From Daphnia carinata (Eukaryota): a stretch of DNA of 64,000 nucleotides. Both the position numbers and the translations under genes were made by a program. The DNA lies in NCBI RefSeq assembly GCF_022539665.2, contig NC_081333.1, forward strand, positions 5,952,001-6,016,000. Reading direction: 5' to 3'. Below the pieces are notes generated by a model, which searched no databases, had not been told where the DNA came from, and worked only from the letters and a program-made list of their open reading frames with translations. Positions 13,621-25,008 of the stretch are shown here, piece after piece (within the stretch, counting starts at the first letter, position 1; each line of letters opens with the position of its first letter).

Positions 13621-16416
13621 TTACTCCCAATTCATAGGCAGACGGCAGGTAAGAGAGGCCATTAAAAGTTCCATTCGACTAAGAAAATTCCGTCCTTCTA
13701 TTTTCTCTAGTCGAACTTCTTCGTAGCGAGTATTCAGCTGTTCCCAACGAATATCTTTCAACATTTTGTTCTTTTCAGTCTCCTGACGTGGATATGTCGA
13801 CAGGTAAACTTGGGGTTGAGGTGCTTGAGGGCCGCAACGAACACTTAAAATTCTATTAAACAATACATTGGTATCTACAAATTCAGCAAAAAATATTTAT
13901 TCACTCGAGTATTAATTCACCTATTGGCTGATGGGGACGATAGAATGCAAGACGAAGCATTACCCAGTGGTTCGACTGGCCCCAATCCCAAATGTGTCGA
14001 ACTACTGGCCACGTGCCAGCCAAGGAATCGCGCTAAAGACTGGACTGCGTTAATCTGATGCTGTGAAATCTAAAATTGGCAAAAATACACATAAATAGCA
14101 ACACATTCATTAAGTTTCATTGTTTGCTTACGTTTTCGAGTTTGTCTAACTTAGCGAACATATTAAATATATGTAGACGAGGAACGACACGAAATCCACA
14201 AAAGGAACTTTACCTGGCACAGAATTAGGTCTCGCAGCTCTTGTGGTTCGTAAGACATTTGCAGGACACGGCCATCTCGACAGATGCATTTGAGCGTCTT
14301 TTCTCCAACGTGCACCACTAACGCTGTCCGTTGTAGTGTATCATAGCCATGCGTCATGATTATTATTTTCACACATGAAAGTGTTGGAGAGTTTAAAACG
14401 TTCCAGTGAGATATGATGAGGGGATCCCGAATCTCGCGGGCGATAGAATCAATCACAAACATTGTTCTCAAGCGAAGTACGACATGTTGGCCTTGTCTTA
14501 TAATTTGCTCCAGTATGCTTTCACTACAAAGAAAAAATGATTAGTCAAGCATCGGCAACTATAATCCATTAAATGTTATGATAAACAGCTACGAACGGGA
14601 AGTTTTTATTTGCCCTTCGGTGCTACACTTCTATCTTGTGTGATCCGGCAGCACAGCACGGCTTAGCTTTCAAATTTTCTCTTCCTAACGAAAGAAGTGA
14701 AGAGACATGGCGCCATCTCACAATACAAGATAAACAGCAGAAGCACCAAAACCGCTAATGAAACTTCCTGGCATGATTTTACAGCTCTGTTGCCAAATTG
14801 CTATACTTTTTTGTCATCAAAAGAAGTTCATCTCTATCGTAGGCATGGGGCCCAGCAAGCCGTCTTCGTTTGGTAGGTCCAAGGGGAGCTGATGAAGGGT
14901 GGGGTACCGGTTGGCCAACATTATTTAGATGCACTTGTCGCAGCAGCTGATGCAGCGAATGTTCAAGTATATCTATCGAAAAAGAAATAATGCCACATAT
15001 ATTTTAGGGAACGTGCATATAAGTAGTATGTATACGAAAAATTCTTACAATTATGATCGACTTTAGCAACCAGAGATGTCGAATTACTGGCTAGTTGGCG
15101 TTTGTCAACTCCAGCACTGTAGGATGATTGGAAATGAATTGACAACTGAATGCCAGGGAATAACTAAACAAAATTATTCTAAATCATTTTGAAAGATACA
15201 ATAAAGTGAATTTTGGGATAATGAAAATACCTACCGATGCAGTTATTTGATTGCCAACAACCATGTGAGGAATAGCAGCCTGTAGCTGAACAGCTTCTCG
15301 TGCCAACTGCGAGAACAGCTCTTTACAGAACAAAACATTTTGTGCAGTTTCCAGTTTGCTTGTCCAAGGATTGGCATCACGCGAAGGATCCGAGTGAATT
15401 AACGAAGTATGAAGTAAATTTAGGTTGGTTGTACACAAAATATCTTGATCTGAGAGAAAATGTTTATACAAAGAATGAAGTAGCATATAAAAATTTTCCT
15501 GACCTTTTTGGATTGTAACTTGAATGTAAGATGTTCCACCAAGCTCAGGGGGAATGGTAACCTTAATCATAGATTGCTTGGGTTGATTTTCACTAGTGGT
15601 TTCTACTGATAATCCTAGGTCAGGATCTTCAGACTTTGTTACTTCGAAAATACCAGTTTGATAAAATCGAGAGCCAGCTGATTTGTAACTAAGATCTCCA
15701 AGGATTGAATTGCCAATTTTCTTTAATGTCCAACTTTGCCTGAGCCTCAACAACTCTAGATGAAAATCTTGATTGCTCTTAGCACGGGCGGTATCTGACT
15801 GAGATATTTTCAGACGTTCAGCACCATGCAACAAAATGTTTGCAGCTGCCGTCAAGCCCTACATACATAGAGAAACAATTATTTAGAATACACTTAAAAC
15901 AGTTTTGAATTGAGCATCCTACCCTTTTTTTGGAAAACAATTGAGCCAATTGCCGTTGATCAGGTTGTTCTTGTTGAACAGGGTCAAGTACCATGTAACG
16001 TTTATCCTTGGCTATCACTAAAACATCAGCAAGAACACATACTTCAGTTAAAGCTGAACGTAACTTATTCCGTACTGAGTCCCACGGCCAGCTAGAAGTT
16101 TGGAAATCAGCTTTTTTTGATTCCTCTTCTACTTCTTTTTCTGTTGTGACAGTTGCAGAATGTGCATCATCATCATTATCATCATCTTCTCTTCTAATCC
16201 AGTCTATTTTATTTGCTTGTTTTGTCAAGTTTTCTGATAAGGTTAGCGGCCTATTTGAAATTATGTTATCAGTAAGTTCTGTTTTGATGTGTGGGAGCTA
16301 TTAACAACTCACAATTGAAATACTTCCTGTCCATCGTAAGCGATTTCTTGAACTAGATTTTCTGCAGGTGCTTCAACCGAAACACAAACGGAATTATTTG
16401 TGAAAAAATCTTCCAT
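13621..16416 (-). CDS. MED17: Mediator of RNA polymerase II transcription subunit 17 (multi-exon)
   Basis: N-terminus SVEAPAENLVQEIAYDGQEVFQ; WPWDSVRNKLRSALTEVCVLADVL; DFHLELLRLRQSW...ILGDLSYKSAGS; KLETAQNVLFCKELFSQLAREA; LEHSLHQLLR; C-terminus IEGRNFLSRMELLMASL. GT-AG introns; frame checked across the 14524-14806 intron. Confidence 0.95.
14584..14791 (-). other. Candidate structured intronic RNA in MED17 intron 14524-14806
   Basis: Long interrupted stem (GGAAGUUU/AAACUUCC; UUUUGGUGCU/AGCACCGAAG; UUUAUCUUGU/ACAAGAUAGA) with G-U pairs on the sense strand and a branched apex. Confidence 0.45.
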
Positions 16417-16904
16417 GGTTAAAAAAGAGACTATATCAGCATTTTATCATGGTCGCGCCTACCGCATGCCGCACTTCCCGATGTTCCGGCGTCAAATATG
16501 ACTATTCTAAGCAGTGTTTCCACTTTCCGCAAAGTAGGATCACTAGAAAGTTGCCAGACTGGGGAAACAAATCCCTATTTAGAAACAATAAAATCCCCAG
16601 TAGGGCTCGGCCCCGATCCTCTTTGATCGGGGTAAACCGCGGTTTTTCATTAGAAAATCGTCAAACCGTCAATTCCAGGCTGGTCGCGAGGCAATATGTA
16701 CTACTTAGTACATAATCGCACCTACAGTTTTCTATATGGAGAAAGTGTGCGTTGTCGCCACTAGGGCCTTGATTTGGTTGCTTTAGTGGTTAAACCACTA
16801 AAGTTAAACCAGTTAAACAATAATGCGTGTAGCGCATATCTTTTAAATTTTTTCGAAGCGAATACAATGAATTCGGTTGATGTAAATTTTTCCAATGAGT
16901 TAAT

Positions 16905-17075
16905 ATGTACAATATAAATACTAATATATATGTTACAATTATATATAGATATTTATATATATTACTATTATATATGTACGATACTATTATATATATACAA
17001 TACTATAATATATACAATAATATACTATACATTATACATATATTCTGCTTATATAATGAATATGTATACAATTGG
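16905..17075. repeat. Low-complexity (TA/TAA)-rich tract
   Basis: Degenerate TATA/ATAAT repeats; the ORFs here are Y/I/N-biased artefacts. Confidence 0.8.
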
Positions 17076-18039
17076 TGTAAAAGAACATACAATTGAAATA
17101 AAAGAATATAAAAGAAACAATTTTTTAATTATTTGTCAGTTAAATTAATTACAATAAATAGTTGATTAATTACAGTAAATAGCCCTTGGTAAGGGCTATC
17201 TATTTTTGTGTAATTGTTGTCAACATTTTTAAAGGGAAAAAATCTTAAAGGCAATATGTGTTTTTGTTTTTTTTCGATCCAAGATTCTAATGGACGCAAC
17301 TGATAAAAACAAAAAAATATATTTTACACTTAAACTTTTTCCTTTTCTGAAAATTTAACATAAATTTCATAAAATTAGATAGCTCTTGATAAGAGCTATC
17401 GATTGATGCAAAATTTGTCAATTTTGACTGCTTATTTTCTTCATAAATAATTATTAAAGGATTTCATGATTTTAGAAAGGGGAGGGGATGTGTGAAAAAG
17501 ACGAAACTTTGCATTGATTGTTTGACGCTTAATCTTCGTCAAAACAGGAAACCATTATAATACTTTTGTTCCTGGTGATTCCAGGAAGAAGTTATTCTAA
17601 ACGTTTACTTTTAAGATGCTATATTTAACCCCAAAAATTACGTTTGAAAAAGTGGCTTTTGATAAACCATTATGGCGGCCATTTTTTTACCACGCCAAGT
17701 TCAAATTTTAAAAAGTGTAAATTAGTGTAAAAATTTTAATTATAAGTACATATTTACATTTTGTTTGTGTCTAGAGAATTTCAATATTCCGTCTTAGACA
17801 GAAAATCTTAAAAATTAACTAAGATAATTTAAACAAATTCATTTCATGGGTTCTCAATTAATTTACAATTTTAGGTGTCTTTTTCCACATATCCGCGTGG
17901 AAAACCACGTTTTATCGCGACTTCCGCGTGGAAAAACTCCAAGCAGACAATATTTAAAAAAAACAATTGACTAACGCCCTGCGCGTTTATCATTTACCCC
18001 ATAAGAAAAAGTGCATCTGCAACTATGTACTACTTAGTA

Positions 18040-18458
18040 CATATGTAGTGAGACCATGTTGGTCAATTCGGTATAGCCATTTTTGACTGCGCTTTGGTTT
18101 TCGGTTTTCAGCTGGGCATAACCGGTTTGAACCGCCATTAAAATTTTATTTTTTAATTTTACTGAAATTCCAAATCAACTAATTATCACTAACTCTTGTG
18201 AGCAGTCAACAGAGGCAGTCAACAGCTTGTTATAAATCAAATTTCCTATCAGACTTCTCGTCATCGCGATCGAAAATAAATCGATAAGCAAACCGTAAAA
18301 CCGCAGTGCAAACCGTAAAACCGCGGTGCAAATCTGTAAAACGGCAGTGTAAACCACAGTTTACAACGCGGGTACAAACTGCGGGTACAAACCGTCAAAC
18401 CGCGGTTCAATCTGTTTGAAAAAAACGGCAAACCGACAACATGGTCTCAGTACATATG
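18040..18458. mobile_element. MITE with TA TSD
   Basis: TA|CATATGTAGTGAGACCATGTTG ... CAACATGGTCTCAGTACATATG|TA; AAACCG repeats; the same TIR recurs at ~33466-33486. Confidence 0.8.
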
Positions 18459-18460
18459 TA

Positions 18461-19380
18461 CCAACTTGGTCTCCGTCTCCTAGGCCAACCGTTTGGCTCT
18501 TGCATTGAGCCAAACAGTTGGCTTAAGCCGATGGTATTACGAAGCCTCTTCTAACCAAAGCGCTTTATTTTTCTTTGACATTTAAATTTCGTCTGCTGGG
18601 GTGACATTACACTTTTTTTCTATTGGCCAATTTTGGTCAAGTAGCCCCAGGCAATATCGACGGGCGGCAATAATGGACGCCTTCAAGGTCGTAAATTTGA
18701 AACGCTACTTTAGCCATTAAGCTTTGAATTTGCATATAAAAATACTAATATAAATTAATTCCGATTTTATAAAAACATAGCTACATAAGAGATCTACATT
18801 ATTTAGGAAAAGTTATGCTTTCTAATTACGATAAATAGCCGAACGAGAGGCTTTTTGAGTAAAAATTCAAAATTTATTCGCCATTATGGCAGCTTTTAGT
18901 TAGTTTTTTTTATTATTTTGAAACCCCAGATAATCTAACTAATTGGAAATAACGGGTATTAAACAGAACTACAACATCCCAGGAAATGAATAGTTAATTT
19001 AAATACTAAAGATGCGTCAATAATTAAATTTTCGATTTATTGGTAGCGTTAAGTAGCGAAATCTTTCAGCATATTATTGAATCCGCAATTTCACCAAAAG
19101 AAAACAAATTTGGCTGTGAAATGACGAAATTTTCTAGAGATTCATAAAAACATATGATTGATGGATAAAAGATAATGATTCGAAAGGTTTTTGAGTTATT
19201 ATTTTACCTTTTAAAAAGTAAAATAATAAAAGGCAGAATAATAACTTTTACCTTTCGAATCATTACCTTTTTTCCTTGTGATTCGAAAGGTTTTTGAGTT
19301 ATTATTTTACCTTTTCAACAGTAAAATAATAAAAGGCAAAATAATAAGTTTTATCTTTCGAATCATTACCTTTTTTCCTG
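18461..19380 (+). repeat. Interspersed repeat (copy 1); inverted copy at 61672-62460
   Basis: CAACTTGGTCTCCGTCTCCTAGGCCAACCG... matches the reverse complement of 61672-62459 over ~800 bp; internal ~100-bp tandem duplication at ~19176-19378. Confidence 0.85.
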
Positions 19381-20822
19381 AACTCACAATGTTTTTTTCC
19401 TGTGACAGCTAATAGTTTGCTGAAAAAGCATACGCATTTCTGGCTGCTTTTACGTAGTGAGTTCAGCGCCTCAGGTAGGAATAAGACAAACTATTTTTGA
19501 CGGGAAAAACTTAGTACCGTCTTCACTTAAAAAAATTCCCTTTCCTAAAATAATTAAAATTTAGTGATATTATTAAAAGGGGATATAGTTTAATAAATAT
19601 GCTATTGATTGATGTAATTACGAAGTCTGGGAAACATTTCCTTGCATGAAAATTTTTTTTCAAAAAACGGGGTAGTGTCATTAGGTATCCCGTACGCTAA
19701 ACGCGGTGTTCGGTTAATACATGACTAGCATGCTAGTCAATCAATCTTATAGATAAAAAATTGAAAAAAATTGCGCTAGATAGGGGATTATTTAATTAAC
19801 ACCTGGGCGTTTTTTTATTTTTTTATCTTCATTTTTTCTGTCCCTTTTTTACATTTGCGCAAGTCTCCTTCCGCCATAAGACGCCATGTTAAATGGCCCC
19901 AAAAACCCCTAGTGTTCCGACACTTTTGGAGGGTACTGTATGTGTATTTGTTATATTGTAGTATTTTTATACATTATCATAGTATTGTAAATATAAATTT
20001 ATATAAAACGAATTCATATTATTCGCTTCGAAAAAAATTAAGACATGCGCTACACGCATTTTTGTTTAACTGGTTTAACCTTAACGGTTTAACCATTAAA
20101 GCAACCAAATCAAAGCCCTAGGGGCGACAACACACACTTTCCCCATAAAGAAAACTGTAGGCGTGATTATGTACTAAGTAGTACATATTGCCTCGCGACC
20201 AGCCTGCAAACCGAACCGCACCGGTTTGTCCTAAAAAAAAAACCGCGCGGCTCGGGCAAAATAGTGCGCGATCGTCGCGGGGCCGAGCCCTAATCCCCAG
20301 AAAAGTTCCTGTTACTTTCAGAAAAGCCTAGCAATATGAACAGTAAGTTTGGGAACAATTTTTTTACGTCCCAAAATTTCTGGAAAAATTTCTGGAGGCT
20401 ATAAAAAAAACATACAAGTACAAGCATGTCATTCTTAGTATTTTTATTAATTATTTTTGAATTTTTAGAAGTGAATAATCTATAGGCGTTTGGCACACCG
20501 TCACCGTTGCCCGCTTGGTGGCTCTCACTGAGGAACATTTTACTTTTGAAGTTGCATAGAGTCGCCGAAGGCAGCAGTGGCTGGGCCAAAAATCTCAAAA
20601 TCCCGAAAAATTCCCAGAAAATTAGATAAGCCCTGGGCAATCCCTGAAACCCTATTTCCAAAACTACCACCCTAGGTTCCAAAATTTTTCCTAAAATCAT
20701 CCTAAATAGGGTTATATCCCTACAAATGAAAAGGCTGATTCTAAGTGATTGTTGGTGTTGGTGACAATCTAAACTTATTCAAGATACATCGATATTTTTT
20801 GAATAATCATTGTATCGATACG

Positions 20823-21673
20823 CTAGTAAAGTTGGCTGAACCCGTCCGGGGCCGGGGGATAGGTAACGCTAATGTTTTTTAACGCAATTTTTTAAAAAAT
20901 CGATCAACGCTACTTTTTGCCCCTCTGCTCTTAATTCTTTTTGCAAATAAAGATTTCCCCTTCCATGCTCTCCAATTCAAACACTGTCGCTGCCCGTCGT
21001 TTCCTTCACAGTCCGCAAAAACGCCCGCTGTAGATACCCGTTGAGCCCTACATTGCCTCTTCGCGTCCATCCCCTCACATTCTCTGCCAGTCAATCCACT
21101 CTGCTCGCTAAGAAACCCGCTGTTTTCCGTCCTTTTATCAATTTATCAATCACTGCCCTCTTCAGAATGATCGCAACAGTTGCCCGTCTACTCACCTTTT
21201 GCCTCTACCCATCTTCCCTCGTAGAGTCTCTGTCCGTTAACCCAATTTGCCCGCCTATAACCCGTCTGTTGTGCCCGTCTATTCCCTCTCTTTTCATCGG
21301 CCCAATCTCTACCCACCAAGAAGCTGCTGTAGTCGCCCATCGACGTTTTCATTGCTTTTGCCGGTTTCACATTTTCTATCCGCTAAAAAGCCCTCTATAG
21401 TTGCCCGGCCAACCATTTTCTGCCTCTGTCCGCCTTCCTTTTGTCACAGTCTCCGTTCGTTAAAGAGCCCGATGTAGACTCCCGGTCACCCACTTTTTGC
21501 CTCTGCCCTTCGGCTTACGTGCTGTCGCTCATCTGTTTTAAGCTAAGTCTGTAGACCGAAAAATTGTCTAAATCCACATTTTCACCCACATTTTAGTCTT
21601 CCAAATCACAGCAAAAGCACAACGGGCGGACACAGGCTCTTTCCTTTTTCGTTGTTGCTTTATAGAGTAGAGA
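20823..21673 (-). mobile_element. Non-autonomous Helitron
   Basis: On the minus strand begins TC (21673) and ends CTAG (20823) preceded by a GC-rich hairpin-like tract; its 5' region resembles ~33230-33378. Confidence 0.65.
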
Positions 21674-22561
21674 CTAGTAACATTGTGCCAGCCCAGGGCC
21701 GTCAGATAGGTGGCGGTAGCGCATTTTAACGCTATTTTTCAGAAAATCACCCCACTCTTATTATTCGCCCGCCGACCTCCTCTCTGCTACTGCCCGCCCA
21801 TCCCCTCAGTTTCACTGGCCGCCAAGTCACTGGCAGCTGAAGTTGCCCGTCGGCCCCTTCTCTGCTCGCCAATACGCATTGACCTTTTATTTGCATTTGT
21901 CCGTCCTTTCCTCCCAGTCTGAGCCTGTGCATTGCCCCCTATAGGGGCCCATCCACCTATTCTTTGCTTCTCCCGTCTTCCTCCGTACGGTTTCCTCCCG
22001 TCGGCCCACTTATTGCCTGCAAAACTGTCCATTATAGTTGGCCGTCGATCCCCTTGTTGCATCACCCCGTCCCCCATCTCCCAGTATTTGCCCGTCCTGC
22101 CCTCTTAATTTGTTATTTTACACACCCGCTATATCTGTCGCTATCTGCTCCTGCTCGCTATCCCCGTTTTAAGCTAAGATCGTAGACTGAAAAATTGCCT
22201 AAATCCACATTTCCACCACATTCTAGGCTTTCAAATACCCATACTGCCGTCTGTACGCATCAGTCTGATGATGTAATTTTTGATGTTCAAGCAGTCATCA
22301 TTTTTGGGCACAAAATAACCCGAGTGCTAATTTGCTCTTCCAATTTCGGAGGCAGTAGATTTTCGGGATCACCAAAACCATGGTTTACCAGTGACTCTTC
22401 TGAATGGCCATCAAGAAGGAAGTTCTGTGGTATCTGTATCGTATCCGGTCCCAGACTTGCCGTTCTTCAACGACTTGAATTTCCAAGTTGAATGAGCCAA
22501 TTAGCGAACTCGAGACTGTCGGCCGCCGTTCGCATATTTCGAGTCAAACGAAGCTTAAATG

Positions 22562-24053
22562 CAGGGTTGGAAGCGGTACTTTTAAAAAGTGCCGCTACCG
22601 CGGTACTTCAATTTTCGCAGAAAGTATCGTGGTAGCGGTACTACCGCGGTAATTTTTTTCCAAGTAACGCACGGTAACGGTAGCGGTAAAAAATTTTTTT
22701 TGCATAATACGATCAAACTTCATGAAAATCATTTTTGTATTGATGTGATTTTACTATAATGAACTGTTGGCCCTTAAAACCAGTCAGCCATATTGCAGAG
22801 CCATTTTGCTTCATTCAGGTTTCCTTTGAGCCTTATCTTTTTCTTTCGAAGGAAACACTTATCGCACTTCTCACAGTATCGTTTTGTTTTGACTCCAAGA
22901 GGAGTGCATAGCATGCACAAAAAAATCTAAATTTTGGTCTCGTAATGTAATTAAGACCTAAAATTCGTAGGTTGCCACTTTTCGATAGTTTTGTTTGAGT
23001 TTGTTTTAATGTTGCTGCAGTTCCTTGTGTTTTCAGGAAAGTACTACTTCGTTTCACTTTGAAATTCGTTTCATTTGGTAATGTCAGTTTCTTTGCATAG
23101 AAAATGGAAATTTTCAAAATTTTCCTTGTTATGTTTAATTGAGAGGTGTTTTGTGATGTTGCCTCTTAAATTGTCTACTACTGATAGTGCCTTTGGCTTT
23201 ACTTTGCGCTGTCCAATAAGGCATTCATCATACGAAGTTCCCTTTCTCTTGCCTGGTCCAACTTATTTGATAAGCGTTTCAGGATAGAGAATGATACGTT
23301 TTTCGCCATCTAAAATTGAACTTGGATTTATAATATGAATTATTTGGTCGGTTTAAAGTTTGTTTCATGTTTCATTTTCTCACCTTTTTTCCCTTTTGTT
23401 TTTGATCATGTAGAACTAGTTTTCGCCTCACCAATGTTGGTGGATATGTCAAGAGATGGTTCAGAGACAATATCCATACTTGAATCAACTTCGGATATGT
23501 AATTATCATTAGTAGGAAATTCAAAATAACCAATTTTGAATAGAAAAAAGTTCATTAAACATATGGCTAAAATAAGCTAGACTACCATAACCTCTATCTC
23601 TCTATAATAACTTGAAGTACACACAAATAATTGCAACATTTTTTACAATATTCTATGGAAGGCTGCAATACTTCAAAATTTTAAATACTGCTGCAATAGC
23701 AGCCATAAAACATTCCTAGTACTAGCCTAGATAAACCTGCAAAAGTGAGAATGCAACTTGTGGAGGGTACCATAGTAGCATTTGTCCGAAATTTAGACGT
23801 ATTTGATTGATCGAGGACCCTCAAACCCTGTGAACAACTAGGGAAATAGGAATAAAAAACGTTTTGAAATATTTACTTGAAATGCAGTCTGCTAAAAACA
23901 GGAAAAATTAATAGTCCTATCGCTAGATGGCGTAAAAGTACCGTTACCGATTTTTGGTATTTTTTACTAGCGGTAACGGTAGTGGTAACCATTGGAAAAA
24001 AATATCGCGGTAGCAGTAGCGGTAATACCGCATTACCGCGTAATCCAACCCTG
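22562..24053. mobile_element. hAT-type non-autonomous element
   Basis: TIRs CAGGGTTGGA / TCCAACCCTG; perfect 8-bp TSD CTTAAATG; GCGGTA subterminal repeats. Confidence 0.9.
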
Positions 24054-25008
24054 CTTAAATGTCACTCCAAGTCCTGTTGCTTTTAATGGTCGATTCAACA
24101 ATTTTCACCTTGTTACCGTGTTTAATGACAGGAAGGCACTGACAAAATCTGTGAGTAACTGCTTCCGCAATTACTCGTTTCCAAACGCTATCATCAGCCA
24201 GCAGATTTCTTGCTATAGCAGCTTCTTTGAATGCTGGATGCAGAATCCCGTCGACCGTCCCCAAATATTCGAAGCCGGTTGCAATAAGGACGTTTATAAG
24301 AAGCAGACGAAGACTGAACCTTTCGACTTGTTTGACGGAAACAGAACAAATGCGTCGAATAACGTGATCCTCTTTTTTCTCGGTTTTCATTTCCTTGCGG
24401 TCTTGCGAAGCCAAAAATGATGAGGAAATTCACCATAGAAGTAAGATCTAGCTAGCGGATGTGCAGAATTTAATTTAACCCAAGCCGACAATGTAGTTAA
24501 TTGTGAGGCAGATTAGATCACAGCCTACTCTTCCATTCCCGGATAAAAAAAACCGATTATTCTTGAGGAAGGTGAATAGCAAGACGAATAACAGAGTGTG
24601 AACGGTAAGAAACTGGATACTTAAAAATCCTCCAAGTGTGTTCAGAGGGTCCGACATATCTTGTGTCCAATAACGTTGTTGTTTCATCCCATACAATATG
24701 GTCTGGACCTTCTTGATTTTCTCCTCTGCTTATCTGTATACCCACATAGCACCGGGCTGTCGTTAAAACATCCCGAGGATGTCCGATCGTCCCGAGTGAT
24801 GATATCCTGAGGAACTCTTTAATGTAATCTTTAAGACCCCTTCCCTGCGTCCTAATGTCCGGGACTAGTAGTATCTTAAAGATAACTTTCAAGACAACCT
24901 GCGGACAACTTAAAGTTTTCATTTTGATGCACGAAAGACGTTCATGACGATGTTGTTTTACATAGGCGAATTCCCAAAAATATGTTATAGTTGCCTTTAA
25001 GACTTGTG

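Larger units (their letters stand above)
16676..20206. mobile_element. Nested non-autonomous element with ~190-bp TIRs
   Basis: CAGGCTGGTCGCGAGGCAATATGTACTACTTAGTACATAATC... (16676-~16865) is the reverse complement of ~20025-20206. No clear TSD. Confidence 0.85.
16601..20292. mobile_element. hAT-type non-autonomous element enlarged by nested insertions
   Basis: TIRs TAGGGCTCGGCCCCG / CGGGGCCGAGCCCTA; perfect 8-bp TSD ATCCCCAG (16593-16600, 20293-20300). Confidence 0.9.

Noticed and set aside
14640..14700. Telomerase RNA template, RNase P or MRP RNA in the MED17 intron
   Set aside because: CCTAAC is only 6 nt and on the antisense strand; no P4-forming conserved regions seen.
16905..17148. 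Tyr/Ile-rich ORFs
   Set aside because: Translation of low-complexity AT repeats.
20879..22185. Cluster of overlapping Pro/Leu- and Gly/Arg-rich ORFs
   Set aside because: Pyrimidine-rich GCCCG-repeat Helitron sequence with no recognisable domains.
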